Assembly: GCA_018398765.1 (NCBI GenBank)
Contig: JAHBMJ010000487.1
Location: 1 to 46,411, forward strand
Direction of reading: 5' to 3'
DNA length: 46,411 nt
Source of the DNA: Chromera velia
Taxonomy: Eukaryota
Position 1 is the stretch's first letter; every line of letters starts with the position of its first letter. Under the pieces are notes generated by a model. The model was not told the origin of the DNA. It saw only the letters and a list, made by a program, of their open reading frames with translations, and made no database searches. This document shows, piece after piece, positions 1-13,300 of this stretch. The translations under genes were made by a program, and so were the position numbers.

Positions 1-581
1 AGGAAGCAACTTAAACGGAGAGGTCATGCTTTAGGACAGATAACGGAAGTCACTTCAAGGGTGTGTTTGATCTGCAGTGTAGAATAAGGGGCATCAGTCA
101 TGAGTGGACACCGGTGGGTCACCCGCAGTCGATGGGGATCCTCGAGAACCGCCATTACATTCTGGACACACAGATCACACTTCTCCGTCTTGAGAGAGAC
201 ATTCCAGAAAAGGGGTGTGGATAAAAAAGAGAAGGTAAAGGAGAAAGCATTTTGCAGAGATGAGAGACGCAGAACTGATAACAGGAGATCAAAGGGAGAG
301 AAGCTACCTAAGAACGGAGCAAAGGCAACACGCTTGGTCTGTTGGGGGGCAGATCATTCCACGTCCATGTGTTCGCCTGCATCAACGCTCCAGACGTTCG
401 AAGGAAGCAACTTAAACGGAGATCAACTGTAGTCAGGAAAGCACCTCAAATCAAAGCAAAATGGCAAAAGAGAACGGAAGAGACAAGAAGGTACATGTAC
501 GTGAATGATCGTGAATGGGAATGATGAATGAATATGTAAGAGTGGGTTCGCTCCGCGAAAAAAGAAAAAGGATGCGATTGA

Positions 582-622
582 TGAGGTATTAAGGGTCAGA
601 GAGGAGGTATTAAGGGTCAGAG
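582..622. repeat. 21-bp tandem duplication (gaggtattaagggtcagagag, 2 copies)
   Basis: Directly visible in the sequence. Confidence 0.85.
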
Positions 623-2103
623 AGAAGAGGCGCGGCGCGCACAGCATCATACCAGTCTAAATCGATCCGCGCATGCCATCGAGCGCCGTCGAGCGAATTG
701 TACATGTCAGCAATACATGCATGAAGCGTTGCATGCGGGAAATTGCAATATACACGTGAACATGCATACAAAAAGTGCAGAACTGAAAGAGACTGAATGC
801 GAGTGGACAGAAAAGTAAAGAGCATGTCATATACGAGACATACAGACAAGTGTATTATATGAAATACAACAGATACAGACAGAGCAGACGTGCACGTGAG
901 CGATCGATCGACCGATCGACCGAGAATTAGAAATACAGATAGAGAGTGTGTATCAAGGTCCGGACTAGAGAGATCTGTGAACTCGAGACCATTCCCGGAA
1001 GACCAGACTTACAAGTATATGTACAAGCGTGGATCTCTGAGCTTAGGTGAGCTAGGGATTCATCACATCCCAAAACCTGCGACGCGAGTTTTTCGCTTAG
1101 CCCTCAATCATCATTTTCGCTGCAGGTCCGAAAAACGACGTCAAAAACGTCAATCGATCCAGACTATTCTGAGGTTAAGCTTATGTTAAACAAAGTCTAT
1201 CTTGTGTAGTCTTATGCTATCAGTTGGCTGATCGTAGCTGAATCGTAGCTGATCGATGTGCAGATATCTGATGTTTACTAATGTTACAGATGTTTGTTGG
1301 CTTACAAATTAAAATAAGAAAATAAAGTTTTAACTAGTTTTAATAACCAATTTAAACATTCTAGGTTTAAACCCCCCCTTTCATAGTAAGACGCGAGTGG
1401 CGCAACCACAGACGACATGCATACCATAACATATTAAATAATATTGAACTTACGATTAATTTTCTTCAAGTATTAATACATAAAATTTACGTTAATTTAA
1501 AAATGATATGTAAAGAAAAAACTTGTCAAATATAGAAGAATCTAGAGAACAATACTCTTATAGTAAAAAGCATGTTACTGAGCCAGTGGCTCATGCTGCT
1601 ATGCACCGGTTTTAACGGTAACCACATACATTGCAGAGCATTGCCGGGCCTAGTGCAGGGCATTAAATTGTTTGCATACATAGGCGCACATCATCATGGT
1701 TTACATGCACCAAAGCCATGATCGCCCTCATTTTTTGAAGATCCTTTTGCAACATCCAGTCATCATTAAATAATTGTTTTTCACACGTTCATCCATTATG
1801 CATTTCGTATGAACAGTCTTAATTTAAACTACAATGCGAGTGCTGCTAGGAGTGCTGCAGTGAAAAATGAGCACCTTCAGGTCAGTGACGTCAGACCCGG
1901 CCAAGATCACCCTTCAGACTAACCAAGACCCCATGCCGGCTTTACCCCGGCGGGTGGAGGTGGAGTTTGCATGGCGGTGGCACCATCACTAGGTCCACTT
2001 CCCCCCTCAGCAACCCGTCCCCTCCCAGCCCCTCCCCCTCGCGTAACGGCATGCCCTGCCCCGTCCACTCTACCAACAATCCGACCTCCCCCTCCCCCCC
2101 CCC

Positions 2104-2312
2104 NNNNNNNNNNNNNNNNNNNNNNNNNNNNNNNNNNNNNNNNNNNNNNNNNNNNNNNNNNNNNNNNNNNNNNNNNNNNNNNNNNNNNNNNNNNNNNNNN
2201 NNNNNNNNNNNNNNNNNNNNNNNNNNNNNNNNNNNNNNNNNNNNNNNNNNNNNNNNNNNNNNNNNNNNNNNNNNNNNNNNNNNNNNNNNNNNNNNNNNNN
2301 NNNNNNNNNNNN
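2104..2312. other. Assembly gap (N run) next to a poly-C tract
   Basis: N run. Smaller N runs at 6790, 30424, about 30815 and 42701-42718 also abut poly-G or poly-C tracts. Confidence 0.99.
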
Positions 2313-5300
2313 TGAGCGCGCGGCCACGCCCCCCATGCGATGATGTCCCGGTCCAGCTGCGGCCTCTCCCCCCCCCTCTGCTACTGGTGATGCGGCCCTT
2401 GTAATGCTCTGCGTCTGAGGAGGAACTCCGGAGCCCGTCATGGAGACAGAAGGGGGCGAGAGCACAGACCCCATTCGATAGTCCCCCTTTGCTTGTCTAG
2501 ACGGAGGGCGACCAGACGCACCCCCACGATTGCATAACGGGAACCGCGGACGCGCTGCAGTCGTTTGCTCGTACAGAGACAAGACCTCTTGGTCATTCCA
2601 GAACATTGATCGGGGCCGGGAAGGAAACGGAAAAAGCTCAGGAGTACTGCCGAAACCGTTACCCAAAGCACCCTCCAACACCTCTCGGTGCAGCCACTCT
2701 TCGTAAGCGGCTCGGAGGGGGGATCCGATGGGTAGACACAGCACCTCGTCCCCTGATATACCTGACTCAAGCAACTGCGAAAGCAGTCTCTCTCTTTCAC
2801 GGTCACATTCCTCGTCTGCTACTGCTGTGCGTGAGTCGTCTGCAAACAACGTCGATGTGTCGGCACCCACAGTCGTTAGACCAAAATGATCGGACCGAAC
2901 TAACACCGTCTCCTTCTCCCCCTGCCCCCTGACACCATCAAACGTCACTGCCCCCCCATTGGAAGACGCCGGACCTCCCGCAGCTATGTCAGAAACGATG
3001 TCGTGCACAGGGGGGGGCTCTGAGACTGCATGCCCCCGAACCGCGTCTCCACCCTCGTGTTTCACATTCACACCTCCCACTTGCGCAGACTTCTGACCTG
3101 TATTTTGAGCAATACTTGGGAGGGAGATTTCAGAAGGGAGGAGGAGAAGGGGGTCGCCTGAATCGAGAAGGGCCCGAATGGCACTTTTTGGCATAGCACT
3201 AGAGGAAGGTGAAAGAGCAGCGGGATCTAGGGGAGGGGCAAAAAGACGAGAGACAAATTCTGCAACACAACCTTCAAGCGGCCTTTTTGATGAACCTTCT
3301 TCATCCTCTTCTCTTTCTTTGCCTTCCCGTCCCTCTCCCTGACCTTCCCCCCCATCACGCCGAGGACTCCGACTAGACGAATCGGATCGGTCATCTCCTT
3401 CTCCTTCTCCCTCTCCGTCTCTTCCTGACTCTCTCAGGTGCCTCCTAGCACGATGATGCTGTCGTGCACACCTTCCCCCTCTTTCTGCCTCTCCGTCTCC
3501 TTCATCACTCTCATCCTCCTGACCATCCCCGTCCTCGCCATCCCGCCCCCTCCCGCCGCGCCGTCCCCCCCGAGCCCGCTGACCCTTTGCCGCCTCTTCT
3601 AAGGAAGCGAAGGGTGGAGACCCCCCCCCGTCTCTTGAAGATTTCTCCCTATCCCCGTCCTCCCCCCCTCTCGACCCTTTGGGTGCCGGCGTGGTGTCGT
3701 GGCCGCGCGCAACCGCATCCCCTCCGTCTCCTGCTGCTTCCTCATCTACCCCTCCAGCCCCCCCCCTCCCTTCATTCTCGTCTCCCTCTCCAGACGACAT
3801 TTGCGGGACAGGAGCACCGTCCCAGTGCTGTCGCAACAGAGTGAGCAAAACGTCCTCCTCCCTTCTCTTGGAAACAGGGGTTTCGTGTTGACCCGCATTG
3901 CCTTCCTTTCCTTTTTTCCCTCCCACAGACTGCTTTTTACGCTCAACAGCGAGCTGTTCGAGTTTTTTTAACTGCTGCAGCGCAAGACGCCACCTCTGCT
4001 CGGCACCTGCAGCCAGAGCGCGATGGCCTAGGATGTGTTCTGCCTCCCGTGAGGCACTTTCAGCCTTCGCAAAAAGGGAATCCCAAACAGTCACAGCAGG
4101 AATGCCTTGTCCCTGTGCATTCAGAGACGCGTCTGGGTTCTCTACTGCCATTGCCTCCAGTCCCCTGGCATCGAGGGCAATTCTCCCTTTTGTTCTCACA
4201 AACTGCAACCACTCCCACGGGCTCATGAGGGAACTTTCAGGGAATGCTGCTGACCGCAAGACAGGGGAGCCAGAGCGGCCTGAGGCCGAGGAGGCGGAAG
4301 ATGAGTGCCTTGGAGGGGGGGATCCTGCAGCCAGCACCCCGTCTCCGTCTCCTCGTGCAGCTGCAACTGACTGATGAGAGACGGCGGCAACGTCCGTGTC
4401 TGACGCTGTGAGAGACTGTTCCACCCAGGCGACTCTAGCCATGGGGGCAGGTGACTCGTCCCCCCCTTCCCTTTCTTTTTCTTTTTCTCCCTCTCCCTTT
4501 TGGTCTTCTATTCCTCCCCCTGCCCCACCCTCGGCGGCTGCTTTTGCTGACTGCTGTGAAGCAGGGGAAGTCGAGAGGTAGCCCTTCAACCACCCGCTCA
4601 GAGAAGCGAGATATCTCGACCCCTTTTTTCCTTTCTTCTCTTTTGACTGATCTGTCCCCTCTCCTCCCTCGAGGGCTAGAGCCTCAGACTCCTCCTGCCC
4701 ACTTGTTTTAACAAGGGCAGCGGAATCAGAGGAAGAAGAAGACGAAGAAGACGAAATGCTGGTCTCTGCGGTGCCAGACAACACCAAGTCTGTTGATGCT
4801 TCTTCGGACTCTTCTTCATGGGCACTCTCAAGCACCTTTTTCAACAACACAGACAAAGCACTCCCCCCCTGCTCCCCTTCCGAAGGTCCCTGATGACTTA
4901 TCAGAGCCGTCAATTCTTCCGGTTTCATTTCTTTAAAAACTTTTTGGATCTCGGAAATAACCGTAGGATCATCCAACGTGCCTGACGCAATGCGATCAAG
5001 AAGCTCTTCGGGAGCCCTAGACGACACAGGACCCCCCTCGGCAGAATCGGTGGGGGCACTAGGGACTGCAGGGGTCTCTGCTCCTTCCTCGGCTGCTCCC
5101 TCCTTCTCTACTTGCTCAGAAGCGACATCGGAATCTTGTAGGTGAGAGGCCGATGAGGGGCCTCTTACTGGAGGTGCGGTGCGCCGAGAGACTGTGTGAA
5201 GGGAGTGTGAGGTGTTGGAGGGGTCGTTGAATGTGGAGACGGCGGTGGCTAAGAGGGGGGAATCGGGAAGAATCATCGCGGTGCCGGGAGGAACCCCCGC

Positions 5301-7295
5301 GGCAATTGCCGCTTGAGCCTCCCTTATAGCACCCCCGGCGTCAATCACAAGACGCCGACGCGCATCTCCATCCTCCTCCCTCCTCTCCCCTGGATCCTCT
5401 TCCAACGCCCTTAAGGCCTCTGCCCCCCCCTCTACCTCACTCTCGGAAGCAGAAGCGGAGATCTCTGAAAGAAGAGCTCGCGTCTCTTCCCTCAACCGAT
5501 GTGTCAACTCCCCAATCGCCTTGGCCCTCCTTTGAACGCTCTGCTCGTACTTCCGTCTCAGTGCACGTCTGCCCACCACAGCCGCCAGCTGCTCGTTGTA
5601 GGTCATATTGGGGTTCCGAAAGTCAACAAGGTTCGGTCCCTCTGTCGTCAGGGAGCCTGAGAGCAAAGGAGAGGAGAAAACCAGTTGCCTGATTTCTACT
5701 TATTCCTTCTCCTGGACGAGTATATTTAGACACACGCACGAAGAAAGAGAAACAGAGGAAAACGCATTTCATCTCTGAGAGAAAAGAAAACAGATTGCGC
5801 GCACAGTGGCCTTTGAATAGGTGCTGAGCAGGTCAAATGAAAAACAGATCCAAGGCACAGAGAAGAAGCGAGTCAAAGCCTACACCAGAGAAAGCCACGA
5901 ACAACTACGCACCACCCCATGGCATGAAGTTTTTTCCCGCTTCACACAAACACACCAGACAGCGCAGAACGAGAGAGAGAAAACGAGAAAAAAAAAGAAC
6001 GTACCGAAGGCATCGAAGAGCAGCCAGTCGTCGATTGGAGCAGTCGGCACACAGGTGTACACCGATGATACCGTTCGCATATTCGTCTGCTTCCACTTTC
6101 TGCACACAGCAAACAGACCAAATAGACACGCATCCACAATCAGAGGCACGCACAGTAGACGAGAAAAAAAAAAGAGAGAATCGTCGCCTTCCCTGTCAAC
6201 AGGAACAAAAGCGAAGGGAAGGGGAGGCTGTGAAACAGAGAAGAGAAATAATTGAAAGTGGGGGAGAAGCAGAACGAAACCTCGCTTCCTCCTCACCCAA
6301 TCACTCACTTTGGGAGGTATCTCATTTGTCTCTTCAGAAGTTTCATCGACACTCTTTGGGTCTCCCTGTCTTCGTGCCGGTGCAGCCGCCGCAGGACGAA
6401 GGGAGCCTGCAGGGAGACAAAAGGAAGGACACGAAGGAAGGAAGGTTCTCGTCTTGTCGCGTGCATCGTGCACAAATTTCCACGCGAGAAAGGGAATAGA
6501 ACAAAAGATCTCCAGCCGGACTGTATGTAGGGACACTGGATTTGTGTACTGGCGCACCGACTCCGTTCTACTCCTAGCCGACAGAGGCAGACAATGAGAA
6601 CAGAATGGATGATCCAGAGACACCCTCTTCGTCTTTTTGCCTGTCTGTTGTCAGTCCCTCCCTCCCTCTCCCTCTCTCTCTCGGTCTGTTTCCCCCGAAT
6701 GACCGTCTCACCTTGTAGTGCACCAAATATTTCCTGATCCTCTCGGGAGAGTCCTTCGTGAGGAAATAGAGGACCCTGAGAGAGGGGGGNGGGGGGGGGG
6801 GGGAAGAGAGGAGGAAAAGTGAAAGGAAGAACCAAAGAACGCACTTCAGCTTGCAAAATTCCCGTCCCTCTTTTTGCTGTCCCTTTTCTGCTTGTGCACA
6901 TCTGCCACAGTACTGCTGATGGATGATAGATTCAACCAGAGAAAAGAAAGATTTACTGCACAGAAAGAAGGGGAGATAGAGACACACCCAAAGTACCCAT
7001 AGGTTGGTGTCTTTCAAGCGTTGCTGGCAGGAAGGCAGGCAATCAGCTGATGACAATCAACAGGTATGGATGGTGCACAAGAGGCCAACACAACAGACGC
7101 GCACATCAATCAACTTTCAGTGAACTGACCGCAGAAGTCGCAGAAGCGCTACGCCGTTCCAATTGGGAGCAGGAAAGCAGCCACTCTTCACCTGCAGTGT
7201 ATTCAGGTCATCCATAAAGTCATTCTTCATCAACAGATGTATCGGCGAAAGCGAACACAGGCAGACACGGACGCAGAAATCACTGCCTACGTCCG

Positions 7296-7330
<35 letters not shown>

Positions 7331-10300
7331 CTCTCTGATCATGACTGCTCGTGCGATACAAGGGCTGATTGAAGCAGAGAGGGCACTCTGGCGCTGCCGA
7401 ATGACCCACCAACCTCGTTTCTGGAAAAACGAAAGCAGCAGCCTCCAGATTCCCCAAGCGGAGAAAAAATGGATCAACAAACAAAAAAAGAAGAAAAAAA
7501 AAGACTGACGGACGGACCCAATTGTTGGGATTTTTCAAAACGGAAAGGACTGGAAGAGGGGGTGTGGACTGAGCAGGGAGGACCTCGACGGCACCTCCCG
7601 GGGGGTTCTGGCCCTGGCCATGGCCCTGCGCTTGGCCTTGCCCCTGCCCTTCTCCCTGCTGCCCCCCTTGCCCCTGCGCATTCCCCTGCTGCCCCTGGGC
7701 CCCCCCTGGGGGTGGGGGTGCGGGAGGGCCCCCTGAAATGACGTCCTGGTTGAGATATTTGAGCACAACCAGAGCGCCATTGCTGTCTGCAATCAGCTGG
7801 GTCAAAGAGGAGAACTGCTCGGGGGCAGGGGAATATCGGGCCCTCTTGAGGAGAATGAGAAGAATTCCGGCCACTGCAGCAGCCAAAATCTCACGATGCT
7901 TAGTTGCCTCGGCTTGGAGATACTCAGGGGAGCTTTCAGATAAGTTCCCAGGAGTAAGACGATCTGCAACATCGTCCAAGATCTGCATCCCATCATCCAC
8001 CTCCTCTTCACCATCTGTCGATGCGGCGGCGCCGAGAGGAAGGGTCTCACCCCCCTCAGCCCCCTCCTCGCCGCCCTCTTCCCCTCCATCTGGGACATCC
8101 GAACCCCCCCGTTCGGCTGAACTCGCCTGAGCACTGTCAGGCCTGGGCTCTTCGGCACTCTCCTTCGCTTCCTCTTCATCTGTTGTTTCGTTCCCCCCCT
8201 CATCATCCTTTGGTGTTGCACTGGCATCGGGGGCACTCAGCTTCTCCCCCTCCCCCCCCGTCTCCTCTTTGGCTGAGGATTCTTCAGTGTCCATCAGCTC
8301 TCGGAGGTCGCCCACATCTGCCGTCAGGGCAGCGGCGGCGGCGGTTGCCGCATCTAGCTCGGCCCCCTGCCCCGCCGCCTCCATACTCCCAGACGGAGCA
8401 GAGGGCGACCCCGACCCAGACCCATCGATAAGCACAGGGGGGGGAAGTAACATCCCCAAATCACCCCCGTCGTCCCCAAACGAAGGAGAACGACCCTTGA
8501 GCCTTCCCAGCTCACTCACCAGATTCACCCCTGACGACTCCTGACTCCCCCCACGGAGAGAGGAGCCTCCCAGGGTGATGTCTTCACTCCGCGAGCGAAC
8601 ACGCCCAGCCCCAGGAGCTACCCCGACAAGCGGGGGAGACGGGGGGGCAACAGCCGCTCTGAGTAATGGTGACAGGGGTGCACTGCCAACAGGGGGGGGG
8701 AACTCCCCCTCAGTCGACCGACGCGACTGCACCCTCGACCCATACGACACAGGTGCGAGGAGGGCAGCTTTTGATGGGGGGGTGAGGGAACGTCTCTGTT
8801 GCCCGTGGTGGTGGTGACCATGTGTGGCATGCAGGCTCTGGGGGGAGGATGCGTGTGGATGGTGAATAGGGTGGAAGGGATGGGCGTTGGAGTGGGTATG
8901 GCGAGGAGACGGATGGTGTCGTGCTGTGGGAGCTGCTAAGGGAGACGAGAGGATTTGTTCATCCAATAATTCCTTCGCGTGATCCATCTGGGCTCTCTCT
9001 TCCTCCGTCTCCCTTTCTCTGTCTCCCTTCTGCCCAGGAGTTGACGCCCCTGGCGTCCCCCCAGCAAACCCCGCAGCACTGTCCTCAGGCTCAAGCGTGC
9101 CCAAGACCCCCCCAGTTGGTTCCCCTTCCTCCCCTGCCACCTGTTTCTCTTTCACGAGGAGATCAATTTCATCCAAGGGCACGTGCACCTCCTCTGCATC
9201 TGCCTCGTCGTTCATACTGATCTCTGCCTCCTCCTCGCCTACTTCGCCCCCATCCTGCCCTTGTCCGTCGGCCTCTCCCTGTATATTCACAAATGAGTGA
9301 AGTGGTGGGTGTAAACAAGAGGCGATCATACAGAAACGAGTGTCCACGAGTGGAAAGACAAATTCACATGCACGGAAGGAGACCATAACATCAACCTAAG
9401 AAATTCAGACCCTCTATGGTGGTTCCGAAACGCAAAAACAGATATGGTGGATATCTGCACGTGAATGCAAGCGTCTGGACAGACGAGAGGAGACCAGTCG
9501 GCACACGAACTGACTTCACGTGGGTGAGAGCCGTCGAGAGATTCGCCCTCTGAGGGGTGAGGGGATCTTCTCTGAGGGGACGGCAGGGGTGACGGTGTCA
9601 GGGGCGCTGTGAAGGAGTCTCTAATCGACCTCGAGGACCTGCAGGAAGGAAAGGGAAAAGGAGAACGCACAAAGGTCACAAAGCAACAAAAACTCCAATA
9701 AAGAGACGAACGCCTCCCCACCTCTGTGCTTGGTGCAATCTGTGTTTTCTTCTCGAAGTCATGGTCTTCCCTCTGTCTTTCGTTTTTTTCTCACTTAAGC
9801 TTCTTTGTAACTTCCTGTCCTCACTCATTCACGCAAGCACTCTCTGTCTCTTTCTCTCTCTCACACACATACACACACAGGGAGGGAGGGAGAAAGAGGG
9901 AGAAAGAGAGAGAGGGAGGGGGAGACGGGCACGGCAGGGCCACTACGGAGACTCGAAAGAAGGCTGACCGTGAGAGCGGAGGGGAGGAGCACGTCCGGCT
10001 GTGCTCTGTGCGTGCGCTGTGGAGTTCTGGAGAGTTTGCGGCGCTGAGGGCCTCCTCGTTCTCCCTGCAGGCCTCCAGCTCTCTGTCGAGGTCCACAACT
10101 CCTGCAGGCAGGCACATGCGCATGCGTGTTGGAAGGGGAGGGGAAGAAAGGAGAGAAAGAATAGGAACGGAGAGACTTCATCCCCAACCCACGGGGAGAC
10201 AAGGAAAGAGGGAAAGAGCTAAATGGGCCAGCAGAATCAGCGCTCTCTAGCTGTCTCAGAAGTCTTTCTTTTCAATTTTGAACTTCAGACACAACAAAAA

Positions 10301-13300
10301 AGCGAGGGGGGCTGATGAAGCCTGCACCGTGAGGTACAAAGGAGAAGCACCAGCCAACGGTGACTGTCTGCTCTTGACACCATAACACGCGACAGAAAAC
10401 TTTATTTTTTATTATCGCAAGTATTTAGCGTCGCCGTCGCTGCCGAACTGACCAGGATAGCTCTGGATGTTCTTGCAAGAGGTGAGGAGAATGCGGAGGA
10501 GCATCACGACCGACTGGGACAGCCGGGGGTGATTTCTGACATAGAGACGACGGAAAACTTTCCCCAACCCTCGGGCGCTTCTTTGCACCTTAGGTCGGCC
10601 TCCCTTCCCTCCTCCTCCCTTCTGCTTCTCAGCAGTCTCCCTCTCACAATCCCACCCTGAACCGTCGCCCCCGTCCGCCCACACACCAGCAGACGCACCC
10701 CACCCCATAGCCGCAGCAGCGTTACCTGGCAAGAGATACCCGTCGTCCGACACATCCGTTGCCCCATCTTCTGAGGAGGACATATCAGGCGTGTCCTCAT
10801 CACACCCAGGATCTCTCTCCCCGTCTCCATCCCCGTCTTCCTCATCATCCGCTGAGTCGGCTCCGTGATCCTGATTGCGTTCGGATGCTCCTCCAAGAGA
10901 CGAAGCCATCCCGTCTCCCCTCCCTCTTCCCTCACCTCCCTGCCCGTCTCCGTCTCCGATATCTAACCGATCTTCCATCGCCTCAAGTTCACACGCATTC
11001 TGAGGGTATTGCCCTGGCTTGATCAGTGTGACTGTATCGTAATGTCCTGCCTGAGTGCAATGACGAAGCAGGCGAGAAGGGGGACTCAAAAGAGGAACAC
11101 CGAAACGACGACACACCATATCCAGGCCCTGAGCATCGATGTCGGATGGAATCTCTGTCTCGGCAGCCTGTCGCTCTTCTGCAGAGAACTCAGAGACATA
11201 AGCTCTCTCCTGAACGCTCAGAGGGCCACAAGACACCGGTATCTCTCCCTCACCCCCGACCGCGGACAAGCCGACGGCCCCCGGTGTCGGGCCGACATAC
11301 GGGGATAGAGAGGCAGAGGTGGCAGAGGGCTGTGACCAAGGGTGCTGCCACATGCGGGGGGGGGGACTGTTGGAAATTACAGCTGCGGCCTCAGAGCTCA
11401 AAATACTGGCGGCATCACCATCGCACGATGCGCTGGCTTCCCCGTCAGCATCATTCACGCCTCCCCCGCCTCCGACACTCACTGCCTTCTCACTCTCGGA
11501 AACACCCCCCCCCATACCCCTGCCGGTACTTGCAGTCGTTTCTGTCCGCCCTCTTCGTGGGCCCAACCCACTTGGTTCTCCTACCACTCCCTTGGCACCT
11601 TTATTCGGCACTGTCGAAGAAACACCCCCCCCCTTTCTGAGCTTTCCCACCCGCCCTCCTGTTCCTGCAGCGCTAGACGACGCAGCCGCAGAGGCAGAAC
11701 ATGCAGAGGAATTCCCTGCTTCCTCCTCCTCACCCCCCAACCCTGGTGAAGGGACAGTGCCTTCCCTTTCCCGCATCCTCCGGTCACGGGCGTCCCTCAT
11801 GTACGCAACTCCTGAAACACGAGACAACAAGGGAGGTACGGGATAAGAGCAGCGAAAAGGTAGAAAGGAAAGAAAATTCCTCAGCGAAAGATTTTAAAAA
11901 AAGAGAGAGCAAGTCAGAAGAACAGACTCCAAGTTCTGTCAGAGACCCATTCCGTCAGTCAACACCAGCAGAAAAGTCGTGGGAGCGTCTGCTCTGAGAA
12001 AAGTGCACCGACGGAGAGTGTGTGGTCCTCTGAGCGGACTGACTGACTGACTTAATTCTCGAATCTCTCGCTGTCTCCTCTTCTCGAATCGCGCCTTTCT
12101 CCTCTCGCGCCGCAGCTTTTCGTACTTTCGCCACACCTGCATGCATGTATACAGCCATTCATCCAGGCAGCATACATTGCGAGGAAGATCAAGGGAAGAA
12201 GGCGTGAAGTGGGGGAGAGTAAGCGAATGACCAGGTCAGCGAAGAAAAGAGTCCACTCATAAATGAAGAAAAAAAAAATTGAACAAAGCAGAGGACAGTG
12301 AGGAAACAGTCACTTCGCCCCTGAAACAGGATAATCCAAATGTATCGGAGGACTTCTTACCACACCAAATTAACCCTCATCGACAAAATCCTATTTCACC
12401 CCCTCCCTCGATCATCCCATGCAGACACAATCAATCAAACCTCACAACAGGCTCCCTCACTGACTGACTGACTGACGTCTCGAATGAAGGGTGTCTCCTC
12501 CAGCCAGTCAATTTCGGCAGAGTGGAACCTGTACGACTCGAGAAAGTCTTGCTGCATGCACAGAGAAACAAATGAAAAGGGAAAAATGAAGTTTCACGAA
12601 GTGGAAAAGAAGGGTAGTAGAAGGGTGAGGAAAGACCTATGCTGCACTGCACACTCTCTCACACGCACACGTGGACGCCTCAACAACTAAACTCTCTTCG
12701 TTCTATCCAGACGGTCAAACCGACATGTACTCATGGTACAGACGAAAAGATGGCACAGATCCTTTCTTTTTTTCTCATCGAACTCCGGCAGAAACAAGCA
12801 AACGTATCCCATCTGTAGAGAAGCAACCTCCTCTGAAGACTGACTGACTGACTAACTGACTGACCGTGAACCTGTCCATGATCTCTAGAGCCTCTCGGAT
12901 GGCTTCAGGGAGGATCCCTCTGTGCCTGCACCCTCACTCCCTCCCGGGGAACAAACACACAGGAGACAGACAACGGATGAATGACGATGCAGGAAGACAT
13001 ACATGTACACGCATGCAAATGCAGGCAGGGGTTGTGTGTGAGACAGAACAGACTCTATGTTTCTTCTTCTTCTTCTCCCTCCTTTTCTTCACGAACACAA
13101 CAGACAAAAAGAAAGAAAGAACAAAGACAAAAGAACAGCACCAACAATCAAACAGCGTGGGCAGGGGGCCCGAAAGGTGAGAGTTAAGCGCCCCTTGCCT
13201 CTCCACCTCCGACAGACTTTCACGTGATCACTGGTTTCAAACGCCAATCCTCTGCTGCTTCCAGACAGACGGACAGACAGACAGGAAGGGCATGTGGGAC

